From: a candidate division FCPU426 bacterium
GTDB lineage: Bacteria; Oederibacteriota; PGYV01; Palsa-1178
DNA length: 64,000 bases
Direction: 5' to 3'
NCBI GenBank assembly: GCA_963840035.1
Contig: CAWIXE010000001.1
Coordinates: 96,001 to 160,000 of the forward strand
How positions within the stretch are numbered: the stretch's first letter is position 1; every line of letters begins with the position of its first letter. Both the position numbers and the translations under genes were made by a program. This document shows, one piece after another, positions 34,615 through 44,461 of the stretch. The notes beneath the pieces are model-generated. The model saw only the letters and a list, made by a program, of their open reading frames with translations. It had not been told where the DNA came from and did no database searches.

Positions 34615-36042
34615 TTATTGCGTTACAAACTTCTCCCCTTCATTCATAATATCCGCCAGGGTTTTTTCGTCCTTTGCCTCGCCGTAAAGCCTTACTATCG
34701 GCTCTGTTCCTGAGAACCTTGTCATTATCCATGTGTCTTCGCCGAGCATGAATTTAAAACCGTCGACAGTGATTGTTTCCTTTACTTCATATTTTCCTAT
34801 TTTCGCCATCTTCACTGTTTTTAACTTCTTTACAAGCGCTTCTTTTTTGGCGTCGGTGAGCCTGAAGTTTTTTCTGCTGTTTATGAACGGGCCTGTCTGC
34901 GCCTCAAGTTCCTTGACCAGGGTTTTTACGTTTTTCTTCGTCCTTGCCGCCATCTCCACCACGAGCAGGCAGGCGATGATGCCGTCTTTTTCAGGCACGT
35001 GCCTGTATATGGTCAGGCCGTTTGATTCCTCGCCGCCTATGATGATGTCCTCTTTTGTCATTATCTCGCCGATGTACTTGAATCCCACGGGCGTCTCGTG
35101 CAGCTTCAGTTTGTGCATCTTCGCCACTTTGTCTATCATGTGCGAAGTCGCCACGGAGCGCACCACGGAACCGTGCCAGTCCTTCCTTGTTTTTACAAGG
35201 TAGTCAAGCAGCAGCGGAAGTATCTTATTTGCCTGTATGTATGAGCCGTCCGAGTCGATTATTCCGTACCTGTCCCCGTCGCCGTCGGTTGCCACGCCTA
35301 AAATCGCCTTTTCCTTCTTTACCATGGCTATTAAATCAGCCACGTTCTTCTCAGCGGGTTCAGGCGGAAAGCCGCCGAAAAGGCAGTCTTTCTTGTCGTT
35401 TATAACCTTAATATTCGCCCCGGCCTCGGCTAAGAGCCTGTCTAAGTATCCCCTGCCTGTTGAAAAGAGCGGGTCAACGATTATCTTCAATTTTGACTTT
35501 TTTATGACGGAAAAATCCACTATCTGCTTAATCCTGTCGAGGTATTCCTCAGATGGGTCAAATACCTTTATAAGCCCCTGCTTTACTGCCGTATCCATAT
35601 CAACTGTTTTTACCATCTTTACTTTTTTAATATTAGCTTCTATCTGGTCAGTGTCGGCAGGTGTAGCCGGGCCGCCCCAGGAGGGTGAAAATTTAAGGCC
35701 GTTATATTCAGGAGGGTTATGCGAAGCGGTGAAATTGATGCCTCCGGCAGCTTTCTTCCTTATTATCTGATAGGCGATAACAGGCGTTGGAGTGTCCCTG
35801 TCGCAGAGCAGGGCCTTTATGCCGTTTCCGGCCATGACTTCCGCGGCTGTCTGTGAGAACTTATCCGATAAGAACCTGGCGTCGCCCCCTATAATAACGG
35901 GCTTGCCCGCGAGCTCTTTTTTTGACTTTATAAAGGCGGCAATAGCCTGGCACACGGTCTTTACGTTATCAAACGTAAAGTCGTCGCTAATAATGCCCCT
36001 CCAGCCTGATGTGCCGAACTTGATATCTGATTTGTTTGCCAT
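34615..36042 (-). CDS. Phosphoglucomutase/phosphomannomutase
   Basis: FGTSGWRG, TASHNP, DGDGDR, GEES, RFSGTEP. Confidence 0.94.
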   Translation of the reverse strand: MANKSDIKFGTSGWRGIISDDFTFDNVKTVCQAIAAFIKSKKELAGKPVIIGGDARFLSDKFSQTAAEVMAGNGIKALLCDRDTPTPVIAYQIIRKKAAGGINFTASHNPPEYNGLKFSPSWGGPATPADTDQIEANIKKVKMVKTVDMDTAVKQGLIKVFDPSEEYLDRIKQIVDFSVIKKSKLKIIVDPLFSTGRGYLDRLLAEAGANIKVINDKKDCLFGGFPPEPAEKNVADLIAMVKKEKAILGVATDGDGDRYGIIDSDGSYIQANKILPLLLDYLVKTRKDWHGSVVRSVATSHMIDKVAKMHKLKLHETPVGFKYIGEIMTKEDIIIGGEESNGLTIYRHVPEKDGIIACLLVVEMAARTKKNVKTLVKELEAQTGPFINSRKNFRLTDAKKEALVKKLKTVKMAKIGKYEVKETITVDGFKFMLGEDTWIMTRFSGTEPIVRLYGEAKDEKTLADIMNEGEKFVTQ

Positions 36043-36158
36043 AATAAGCCTCCGTTGAGTTGAAAATGGGTAATTAAGACCGTCTATATAATATAATAAT
36101 CAGGTTTTTTTTCAAGGGGAAAATTAGTGTTACCTTATTGCGAATTTAATCCGTTGAA

Positions 36159-36647
36159 TTATTTGTTCTTTTTATGATAAAAGAAGTCACTAATAGCTTT
36201 CCCATCTTTTATAAAGTAATATCCCAAACACATATACAAAACAAGTAGTATTGGTCTGAGTAACAAAGCAACTTTGTCTATATTTGATATTTTTTTTGCA
36301 ATTACGTCGAACAATTCTGGTAAGCCATAAACAAAACACAAAGACCCAATTACTTTCAAAACCAATAAAAATACTTTTTTTGCTTGCATATTGTCTGTTT
36401 GATTTATTTTTAGTTTTCTATAAAACAACAAACTTATTGCATCTGATTTATAAGCACATAAAAGTATTATAAACGGCATAAATATTGTAAACATTGCTGA
36501 AAAAATCAGCACGGATTTATCCATGCTCCACGGAATGCCAAAATTAGATGCCCAAAATCCGATATTATTTATAAACACATAAACTAATATGATCTTTAAT
36601 GACAAGGAAAACAGCGCTCTTCTATTCATTTTGTTTTGCTCTAACAA
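36159..36647 (-). CDS. Hypothetical 4-TM membrane protein
   Basis: Hydrophobic helices; AT-rich; resembles the upstream neighbour. Confidence 0.7.
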   Translation of the reverse strand: MLEQNKMNRRALFSLSLKIILVYVFINNIGFWASNFGIPWSMDKSVLIFSAMFTIFMPFIILLCAYKSDAISLLFYRKLKINQTDNMQAKKVFLLVLKVIGSLCFVYGLPELFDVIAKKISNIDKVALLLRPILLVLYMCLGYYFIKDGKAISDFFYHKKNK

Positions 36648-37155
36648 GGCTATGATATAGTAGTTTTGCTCCAGATAAAAAATATAAGCCTAATACTATA
36701 TTAATTAATGCCGGTGCAAGTTCCATAAAATCCTGCATGCTCATAACATACATTCCTTCATCAACATTCAAATCGTTTGGCATAATATGATTTACACTAT
36801 AAGACAATAGTTTAATCCCTCTGATTATGCAATAAACTCCAACAAGCCTGAGTATCGTTCTAAATAAAGGCAGCTCCGAGAAACCTTTTTTCATATTTTT
36901 ACCATCAACGATAAAATAATCCGTCATCTTCTTTTCTGTAGCAAAAATAAAAAATGCAATTATACCCGACAATATTGGCGAAAGCCATAAAACAAACACT
37001 TTCCAACGTAATAATTCCGGAGCATACTTTGCAAGTTTTGTTGATTGAAGGTACTGAATTGTGGGAAAAAGTGAAGCCAGACTGGTTAAGGCTTGAATTG
37101 CTGCATAAATGGCCAGCAGTTTAAGTCCTGCTGAGAATATCTCTTTATTATTCAT
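36622..37155 (-). CDS. Hypothetical 4-TM membrane protein
   Basis: AGGGGG RBS; hydrophobic helices; AT-rich. Confidence 0.75.
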   Translation of the reverse strand: MNNKEIFSAGLKLLAIYAAIQALTSLASLFPTIQYLQSTKLAKYAPELLRWKVFVLWLSPILSGIIAFFIFATEKKMTDYFIVDGKNMKKGFSELPLFRTILRLVGVYCIIRGIKLLSYSVNHIMPNDLNVDEGMYVMSMQDFMELAPALINIVLGLYFLSGAKLLYHSLVRAKQNE

Positions 37156-37386
37156 ATTGTCCCCTTTTTACCTAAAAAATTTAACCCGTTTAATTTTATC
37201 ACTTTGCTAATCCAAATCAAGCTGTTTTATTTTCAAAACGGCTGCCGCTTTTTCACCCTCTCCCCATCCCTACCCCATCAAGGGGGAGGGGGTTTTCAAA
37301 AAATCAATCCGCTCAAAAACCTTAGTTCTTTGATGTTTCTAGCCATGGAACCTTTTTCCCCGGGCGGTGTCTCCCTAAGTAGCGGT

Positions 37387-37492
37387 GGTAGCCGCAACCT
37401 CCACGTCCATCGTAGCTTTAGCGGAGACGGATCAGGTTACGATATGCCGGCAGTTAATACCTGCCTTACGCGGCCTAAAGGCCGCGGCTACC
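37387..37492. repeat. GTAG-type REPIN
   Basis: GGTAGCCGC ... GCGGCCTAAAGGCCGCGGCTACC. Confidence 0.7.
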
Positions 37493-37529
37493 AACCCGAT
37501 ATGGGGCCGCAATCTAAAACCGGAAGGAA

Positions 37530-38480
37530 GTGGCTGTTATGTTCGCATCAGACCGTGATACAAAGGGTGTCGTCAGCGCGTACGGGATCTCAGTGGTTGT
37601 TCATGTCGCTGTTTTGCTGTTGTTCCTTTCCTATGCAAGGAACAGGGAAATGTCCTCTGAAAAATACAGCCTAACGGAAATAACATTTTTGGAATCCATA
37701 CCTGACATTGAAAAACCCATGCAGATCGAAAAGCCGCGCAATGTCTTTGACTTCTTAAAACAGGCTATCCCTGTCAAAGCCTCCGTGATACAGCCGGCGA
37801 ATAGCATCCCCGCGATAAAGCCTCTGCAGACTTCAGCGGATATGCTGAAAAAGCCCGCCCTGAGCATGGATAAATCAGCGGGTAAATTAACTGCGAAATT
37901 AAACACAATAGACCTTGATAATGAGATAGGAAAGAACAAGCTTTCCCCGGCGCTCATCAAAAAAAATATTGAGACTGCCGGAAAAAGCACTGAATTACAG
38001 ACAGGTACCCGCGCCATAAACCTGGACAACAGCAAAAATACCGCACTGCCAAAAACAGGTTCCCCCATTCAGCTTGCGCTGGCAAGCGGGCAAAACACAT
38101 CTAAAAAAATGGCCCGGGAGATAATTATCAGCAAAACACCTGAACCCGTAAAAAAAGAGGATAACAGCGGGGCTGTAAATATCCCGCAGAAACAGGCGCT
38201 GCTTATACAGGGGAATGTTTCCGGAAGGAGGATTCTTGTCTCAAAAAAACCTCTTTATCCGCGGTGGGCGCAGGACTCCGGCATAACCGCGGCTGTCACT
38301 CTTTTTTTCACGGTCACGGCCTCTGGGGAAGTAAAATCCACGGCCATGATAGAAAGGACTTCCGGTTATCCTGAACTCGATGAACTGGCCAGGGAAGCGC
38401 TCCTTGCCTTCCGGTTTGAACCTTTAACTTCAGAAACTGACCAGACCGGATATGCCACGTTCAGGTATATGCTGGAGTGA
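37530..38480 (+). CDS. TonB-family energy transducer
   Basis: TM with SVVVH (SxxxH); C-terminal PLYPRWAQDSG..V.L.F.V...GEV..TSGYPELDELAREA..FRFEP. Confidence 0.85.
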   Translation: MAVMFASDRDTKGVVSAYGISVVVHVAVLLLFLSYARNREMSSEKYSLTEITFLESIPDIEKPMQIEKPRNVFDFLKQAIPVKASVIQPANSIPAIKPLQTSADMLKKPALSMDKSAGKLTAKLNTIDLDNEIGKNKLSPALIKKNIETAGKSTELQTGTRAINLDNSKNTALPKTGSPIQLALASGQNTSKKMAREIIISKTPEPVKKEDNSGAVNIPQKQALLIQGNVSGRRILVSKKPLYPRWAQDSGITAAVTLFFTVTASGEVKSTAMIERTSGYPELDELAREALLAFRFEPLTSETDQTGYATFRYMLE

Positions 38481-38485
38481 GTTAT

Positions 38486-38682
38486 GTAGTCGCACCCTCT
38501 ACGCTTCGAGATGCCCTTGTGAGCTTAGCGAGCAAATATTAAATCATAATAATACCTCTCATCTTGTCGAGTACTCTCGACTTCGGGGTGCGTACGCGGT
38601 GAAGGTATGTGAACTGTCCATAGTATGCTTGCTCATTTGCCTGTTTTAGGCGCAGGCCGATGGGACGCAGGCCTGCGACTAC
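38486..38682. repeat. Full GTAGTCGCA...TGCGACTAC element
   Basis: 9-bp terminal inverted repeats; homologous to 13283-13450. Confidence 0.85.
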
Positions 38683-38738
38683 GAAAACATGCTCAGGCCA
38701 AAAAAATAAAAACACATCCGCCGGAACATATACATGCA

Positions 38739-39365
38739 TTATGCCCCTGCCCAGGTGCCCACCATTGGCACAAACCTTACCGGAATTATGTCTTGTGTTA
38801 TAATTTCACCGTGCTTTTTTGTCATAAGGAAGAGCTCCTGGTAAAAAGTGCCGAGCGGCATGACTATGCGGCCGCCTTCTTTTACCTGGTCAATAAACGC
38901 CCGCGGTACTTTTTCCGCGGCGCACGCCGCTATTATGGCGTCATATGGGGCGTGCTTTTCCCAGCCAAGCCCGCCGTCAGCGTTGCTGATATGAATATTT
39001 TTATAGCCAAGCCCTTCCAGCCTTGTTGCGGCTTGCTTTGCCAGCACCGGATTTATCTCCACGGAATATACTTCCCCGCAAAGCTCCGCCAGTATCGCCG
39101 CCTGATATCCTGAGCCGGTGCCGATTTCCAGCACCTTTTCATTTCCTTTCAGCCCCATGAGTTCAGTCATCAGCCCCACTATGTAAGGCTGGGATATGGT
39201 CTGCTCCTGGGCAATCGGCAAAGGCGTGTCTTCATACGCGTAAGCCCGCTCATCTTCAGGGACAAAAAGGTGCCTTTTGACTTTTTTCATGGCGTTAAGC
39301 ACCCTTTCGTCCTTTACGCCCTGCGCCCTTATTTGGGACTCTACCATTTCCGCGGCTTTGTCCAT
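38739..39365 (-). CDS. pcm: Protein-L-isoaspartate O-methyltransferase
   Basis: RHLFVP, QTISQPYIV, VLEIGTGSGYQAA, VRFVPM. Confidence 0.95.
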   Translation of the reverse strand: MDKAAEMVESQIRAQGVKDERVLNAMKKVKRHLFVPEDERAYAYEDTPLPIAQEQTISQPYIVGLMTELMGLKGNEKVLEIGTGSGYQAAILAELCGEVYSVEINPVLAKQAATRLEGLGYKNIHISNADGGLGWEKHAPYDAIIAACAAEKVPRAFIDQVKEGGRIVMPLGTFYQELFLMTKKHGEIITQDIIPVRFVPMVGTWAGA

Positions 39366-39378
39366 GATCTTTCCTGAA

Positions 39379-40161
39379 TTACTTAAATAATGAATTCAGG
39401 AATTCAACAGCCGCAATCCACGACCTTTTGTCGGCTTTTTCATTGTACGCCGCTCCTTTTGCAGGGTCATTTCCCGCGCCTTTATCGGTGAACGCGTGGA
39501 CAGCGCCGCCGTACGCGGTCAGGTACCAGTCCACTTTTGCGTCTTCCATTTCCTTTTTAAAGGCCTCGATCTGCGTCCACGGCACGTTCGGGTCATCCGC
39601 GCCGGTCAATACGATTATCCTCGCCTTTATGCTCTTCGCGTCATCCGGGTTCGGGGTGTCAAGGTTGCCGTGAAAAACTATAACTCCTTTTGTCTCAGCC
39701 CCGCTCCTTGCAAGCTCCAGCGCGCAGCCGCCGCCGAAACAGTAACCCGCGACAACTGTCCTCTCCGGGTCCACATACGGCAATTCCTTCATTTTCTTAA
39801 GGCCTGCCGCGGCCCTTTCCCTCATTAATTTCCTGTCAGCCCTGTACTTGCCGGCTTGCTCCCCTGCTTCCTTTGCGTCCTTAGGCCTTATCCCCTGCCC
39901 ATAAATATCCGCGACAAAGACCGCATAGCCCATTTCCGCAAACATGCGCGCCCTCATTTTTTCGTATTCTCCCGGGCCTTTCCACTGGTGTATGATCATA
40001 ATACCCGGCGCTTTCCCCTTTACCGCAGCGTTATAAACCGCGTACCCCTCCAGCGTGTTACCTCCCTGCTCGTACAGAATTGTTTGCTCTTTCAGGTCAG
40101 CCGCAATAAGACTTCCAAAAAGCAACAGCAAAAACGACGGAACAATCAGCAATGCCTTCAC
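39379..40161 (-). CDS. Dienelactone hydrolase family protein, exported
   Basis: GYCFGG nucleophile, GADDP, AVHAFT; signal peptide. Confidence 0.9.
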   Translation of the reverse strand: MKALLIVPSFLLLLFGSLIAADLKEQTILYEQGGNTLEGYAVYNAAVKGKAPGIMIIHQWKGPGEYEKMRARMFAEMGYAVFVADIYGQGIRPKDAKEAGEQAGKYRADRKLMRERAAAGLKKMKELPYVDPERTVVAGYCFGGGCALELARSGAETKGVIVFHGNLDTPNPDDAKSIKARIIVLTGADDPNVPWTQIEAFKKEMEDAKVDWYLTAYGGAVHAFTDKGAGNDPAKGAAYNEKADKRSWIAAVEFLNSLFK

Positions 40162-40396
40162 GATAAACCTCCGGAAATACCCGTAACAACGCGGGTAAAA
40201 TTTTTTGGCTGGATTTTTAGAAGTGTATTACAATTATATATGAAAGAAACCCCATAGTCAAATACCGGGGGTTTTAGATACTGTACGTAATAGTGTGTAA
40301 ACTCGGAACCGGGCACCTCCCCTCTCCCTCCATGGGAGAGGGAAAATAGAACAAAACAATTCACACACAATTAATGACAGTCCCGGTTTTATAAAT

Positions 40397-40438
40397 AAAA
40401 AAAGCGGGGCCTCCTTTTCAGGCAGCCCCGCCTTTTTG
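40397..40438. terminator. Bidirectional terminator-like hairpin
   Basis: AAAAGCGGGGC..GCCCCGCCTTTTT. Confidence 0.7.
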
Positions 40439-40447
40439 CCTTTTTGC

Positions 40448-41641
40448 TTAAAATACCCTTATGTTTATCCCTGCCACCGCGGAAAAACGCAACTTGTCCT
40501 GCGACCATTTCCACGAATCGCGCCTTGTTATTTCACCGTCGGAATAGTACTTCACGGACGGGCCCGCGTAAATATCAAGGAAATCCCCGATATTTATACC
40601 CGGCAGGATTCTGAACTCCGGTGCCGCGCTTAAATCTTTTTTCCAGTTAAAATCTGAATTTAAGTTTTTGGCGTAAATGTTATGCAGGATTTCCCAGTCA
40701 ATGAAGAACGGCTTGAGGTTGTAATTATAACCGAGCCCGGCCGTGGCCGTATATTTATCAGCAAACCTTGTTTCCCTGGTGTCATATCCGGCGCCTAGGA
40801 TACCGTAGAAACCTTTTCCCGATTTAAAAGCGGCATTGTAAAGGCTCTCGGTTGTTGAATAAAGGGATATCTTGCCGAATCCGCCCTTTATGATATTAAC
40901 TGCCCCGAGCGCGGCTCCGTTTAACTCGCCGCATACATTGACAAAACCCGCCATGAGCCCGGTGGTCTTGTCAGATACGTTAACGAACCCGCTTTGAATG
41001 CCGTTTACAGCCCCGGACGCGTTCACAAATCCCGCGGCGCAGCCATTGAGTTCATTTGAAACATTTACAAAACCAGAAGCTACTCCGTTTATTGTGCCCA
41101 TGGCATTTACAAACCCGCCTACTGTACCGGTCACTGAACGGCCGTAATTCACGAACCCGGCCTCAATGCCGTTAACCGCCGCGATATTGTTGACAAACCC
41201 GCTTGCGGCGCCTGTCACTGTCCCCGCTGTATTTACAAAACCGCTCACAGCCCCTGAAACGTCGCCGCTTATGTTATTGACAAAGCCCGCTGCCGCGCCT
41301 GTTACGCTGCCCGTGTTATTGACAAAACCTGTCACAACGCCGTTTACAGGCCCGTCCAGAAGGTTCACAAAACCCGACCTCATGCCAAGAGTTTCCTTTC
41401 CAATATTAACAAACCCGCTCTCAACACCGGTGAGTTTGCCTTCCGTAATGTTGATAAGCCCCAAACTCGCACCGTTAATCTCCTGCGCCTTTCCGTAAAT
41501 AATGTTCAGCCTTACCCCGTCAACGTACAGTTTGTCAGCCGGGTCCGTGAACAGCCCAAAATTAAAATCCGTACGTGTTTCCGCGCTTAAAAGCGCCGCC
41601 ATAAACGACATGGCAATGGCCAGCAACACTTTCTTTTTCAT
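40448..41641 (-). CDS. Exported protein with ~14-aa GFVN tandem repeats (LA_2272-like) and a C-terminal barrel-like region
   Basis: More than 10 GxxxGFVN repeats; signal peptide; terminal Phe. Confidence 0.8.
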   Translation of the reverse strand: MKKKVLLAIAMSFMAALLSAETRTDFNFGLFTDPADKLYVDGVRLNIIYGKAQEINGASLGLINITEGKLTGVESGFVNIGKETLGMRSGFVNLLDGPVNGVVTGFVNNTGSVTGAAAGFVNNISGDVSGAVSGFVNTAGTVTGAASGFVNNIAAVNGIEAGFVNYGRSVTGTVGGFVNAMGTINGVASGFVNVSNELNGCAAGFVNASGAVNGIQSGFVNVSDKTTGLMAGFVNVCGELNGAALGAVNIIKGGFGKISLYSTTESLYNAAFKSGKGFYGILGAGYDTRETRFADKYTATAGLGYNYNLKPFFIDWEILHNIYAKNLNSDFNWKKDLSAAPEFRILPGINIGDFLDIYAGPSVKYYSDGEITRRDSWKWSQDKLRFSAVAGINIRVF

Positions 41642-41685
41642 AAATTCCCTCCCGTTTTTTTAGCGGCATTAACCGCTGTTTTGTT

Positions 41686-41714
41686 TGGACGCAACTACTC
41701 ATGCTTTTGTTTAC
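41686..41714 (-). promoter_or_regulatory. Candidate ECF promoter GTAAAC-N17-CGTCCA
   Basis: AAC/CGT signature; matches 12902-12930. Confidence 0.5.
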
Positions 41715-41777
41715 GCCCGGCATTTAATCAGAACTTCTTGCGGCTTAAAAACAGCGGTTCAAAAATCTGATTCATGC

Positions 41778-42752
41778 TCATTTGTTCCCTTCCCGGGATA
41801 CAGTAATTACCACGCTTCCTTTTTTGCGCCCCTGTTCCACGTATTTATGCGCGTCAGCAATCTTCTCCAACGTATATTTTCTGTCTATCACAGCTTTTAA
41901 TTTTCCTGATTCTATTATTTCCTTCAGTAAAGCCAGATCCTTTGACTTTACACTTTGTTTTCTTAACCCGGTGGCCATAAACTTGGATCTTTTCGAGCCT
42001 GCCGCGGACGGCCACAGCATCTCCTTCAGGGCCGAAGGCGCAGGCAGGGTAGTGAGATATATCCCGGAAGGTTTTAGCATTTTTTTACACTTTGAAAAGG
42101 AGGATTTTCCCGCCACATCAAAAATTATATCAAAAACTTCGTCCAGTTTTGTGAAATCCTCTTTTTTGTAGTCGATTACTTTTTCAGCGCCGAGCGACCT
42201 TACGGTTTCCATATTCCCCGTGCTGCATACCCCTGTGACCGCGGCCCCAAAATAGCGCGCGGCCTGCACCGCGACGGAACCAACCGTGCCTGAAGCGCCG
42301 TTTATGAGGATCTTTTGGCCCGCTGCTATGCTGCCCGCTTCCCGCAGAAATGGAATGGCAGTGATTGCCCCGTCTATGACAGCAGCCATATCTTCATATG
42401 GCATATTTGACGGTTTATGCGCGATGGCGCCGTCTTCGGCCACGCAGACATATTCCGCGCAGGTCCCAAGGCTTAAGCCCGTGTTACCGAAGACCGCGTC
42501 GCCTTTTTTAAAGGATTTTACCAGCCTGCCTGTTTCCTCCACATCCCCGGAATAATCGAGCCCGAGCACTTTCTGCTTCGGCCTGAAAATGCCGTTTATG
42601 CCCGGCATTTTCCTCATTAAAGGATCATCTTTTTCCACGGTCGTCGCGCGGACCCTTACCAGTATTTCATTGTCACCCGGCACAGGCTTTTTAATATCTT
42701 TTATCTCAAGCACTTCAGCCGGGCCGAATTTCTCATAGACTGCCGCCTTCAT
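41778..42752 (-). CDS. NAD(P)-dependent MDR-family oxidoreductase (quinone-reductase-like)
   Basis: ILINGASGTVG, LGAEKVIDY, VIDRKY.LE.IADAH. Confidence 0.9.
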   Translation of the reverse strand: MKAAVYEKFGPAEVLEIKDIKKPVPGDNEILVRVRATTVEKDDPLMRKMPGINGIFRPKQKVLGLDYSGDVEETGRLVKSFKKGDAVFGNTGLSLGTCAEYVCVAEDGAIAHKPSNMPYEDMAAVIDGAITAIPFLREAGSIAAGQKILINGASGTVGSVAVQAARYFGAAVTGVCSTGNMETVRSLGAEKVIDYKKEDFTKLDEVFDIIFDVAGKSSFSKCKKMLKPSGIYLTTLPAPSALKEMLWPSAAGSKRSKFMATGLRKQSVKSKDLALLKEIIESGKLKAVIDRKYTLEKIADAHKYVEQGRKKGSVVITVSREGNK

Positions 42753-43564
42753 TTTATTCCCCCGTTATTTTTTATCTTCCTCAGCATAACGATCATCATA
42801 ACCGCCGAAACGGCCGCGAAAAACCCCATAATGTAAAGCACTGTGTTCCCTGATTCAATTCCCCTGATATTCATAGATGCCGTCATGGCTATTATGGCAG
42901 CATCCATGGCCACAGAAAAGGAAAACATCGCGGGAACGAACACGTAGCCTTCGGCTTTTTTCCGGATAAGCAGCACTCCCGCGGCGATGAAGGCCGGCAG
43001 CAGGAGGCTCAGGTCGTTTACATGCACGGGATTTATCATCAGGCCCGCGTCCATGACGCTTTTAGGCGTTGAGTTTGCGATAGTGGACGGGATAACTTCC
43101 ATCAGCCACAGAGCCGTGAAAATAATGGCGGTGACTATAAGCGCACCGGGTATGAACCTGAACTCTGCGCCGCCATAAGAGAGCTTGTATCCCTCATAGT
43201 CCGTGTCCTTAAAAGCCAGGAGAAAGGCAAAAATTGATGTCCCCAGCGCCGCGCAATAAACCAGGAAGTACCTGTTAAAGTGCATGGCAAAAGCGTAAAG
43301 CAAATAAGAATACGCCGTGTAAATAATCAGCCCGAGCCATATGATGTAGGCCGGCTTGTTCCCTTTTTTCGCGAGATGAAAGCTTGCCAGCATGGCGGGC
43401 GCTATAAGGAACAGGTTTATAATATCCTGCCCGAAGCCCTGCGCCCCCCACGTGGCGCTTTCGCGCGCGTAAGCCGCAGGGTCAAATATTCCGGCAGCGG
43501 ACGCTGTCATCATGAAAGCTATTGCCAGGTAATTCAGGACATTAAGGGTTTTTGTGTTATTCAT
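42749..43564 (-). CDS. Multi-pass membrane protein
   Basis: About 8 TM helices; GQD motif; translationally coupled. Confidence 0.8.
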   Translation of the reverse strand: MNNTKTLNVLNYLAIAFMMTASAAGIFDPAAYARESATWGAQGFGQDIINLFLIAPAMLASFHLAKKGNKPAYIIWLGLIIYTAYSYLLYAFAMHFNRYFLVYCAALGTSIFAFLLAFKDTDYEGYKLSYGGAEFRFIPGALIVTAIIFTALWLMEVIPSTIANSTPKSVMDAGLMINPVHVNDLSLLLPAFIAAGVLLIRKKAEGYVFVPAMFSFSVAMDAAIIAMTASMNIRGIESGNTVLYIMGFFAAVSAVMMIVMLRKIKNNGGIK

Positions 43565-43579
43565 CCGTATTCCTCCTGT

Positions 43580-44461
43580 TTATATTATTACTTTTTCTTT
43601 CGCGAAGTACCTGTCATAAACAAAAAGCGCTATGTTCGCGATAAAAAGCGATATGAGCCCTGCCGCGCCCGCGCCGCCGGTTAAAAGGTCGCTGCCGCCT
43701 TTAACAAAAATCAGCCCGATTATTGCCGTAGCGTTATATACGCCGTGCATGATCGCCGCGGCAAGCACCGACCCTGACTTTATTGCCGGGTAGGCAAATA
43801 TCGGGGCAAGCAAAATAGTCAGCAGCGTCATCATGAAAACCCCCGCTATCCTGTGCTCGGCATAGTTATGCCCCTGCAGCACGACCGGCGCGTGCCAGAA
43901 TCCCCAGACAATGCCTATTATGAGGCAGGCTTTATAAAAGTGCCTTCCTTTCAGCGCGTTCTGGAAAAAACCGCGCCAGCCCGCTTCTTCGCCAAAGGCA
44001 AATACCGCGTTAACAGTGGCGCCCAGAATTATCCCCTGCAGCGCCAGCACCAGCGGAAGTATGGCCTGTATTTTCGAAATCTGCTGCTTAACCGCTTCCG
44101 TATTACCCGCAGGGAATTTTTTCGTCAGATCGTCCAGGAATGCGGCTCCCGCAGGGTCAAACGATACACCCGGAAACATCAGCGATATCCCGAGAGTCAT
44201 AAAAACAATAATAACCGGCGCTACTGCCGCAAATATATACCAGTTGGACCACTTAAAAACCACACCCATGCCCGCGAACGGTTCTTTGTATACCAGTTTC
44301 TGCAAAATGGCCGCGGCCAAGAAAGGCATGAACATATAAAACGCGGTCACCACAAGGGCAGCCGGGCCTGAGCCGTAGGGGAACTTCAGGTACAGCAAAG
44401 AATACAATCCTGTTAACAGGTATACTGTCACTACATATGCGATGCTTTTATTGATTTTCAT
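43580..44461 (-). CDS. CPBP (CAAX/Abi) intramembrane metalloprotease
   Basis: GEEAGWRG, WGFWH, AAIMHGVYN. Confidence 0.92.
   Translation of the reverse strand: MKINKSIAYVVTVYLLTGLYSLLYLKFPYGSGPAALVVTAFYMFMPFLAAAILQKLVYKEPFAGMGVVFKWSNWYIFAAVAPVIIVFMTLGISLMFPGVSFDPAGAAFLDDLTKKFPAGNTEAVKQQISKIQAILPLVLALQGIILGATVNAVFAFGEEAGWRGFFQNALKGRHFYKACLIIGIVWGFWHAPVVLQGHNYAEHRIAGVFMMTLLTILLAPIFAYPAIKSGSVLAAAIMHGVYNATAIIGLIFVKGGSDLLTGGAGAAGLISLFIANIALFVYDRYFAKEKVII

Noticed and set aside
37204..37674. 156-aa ORF, and similar ORFs at 11282, 14858, 33694 and 52915
   Set aside because: Made of palindromic repeat DNA with no convincing RBS or protein motif
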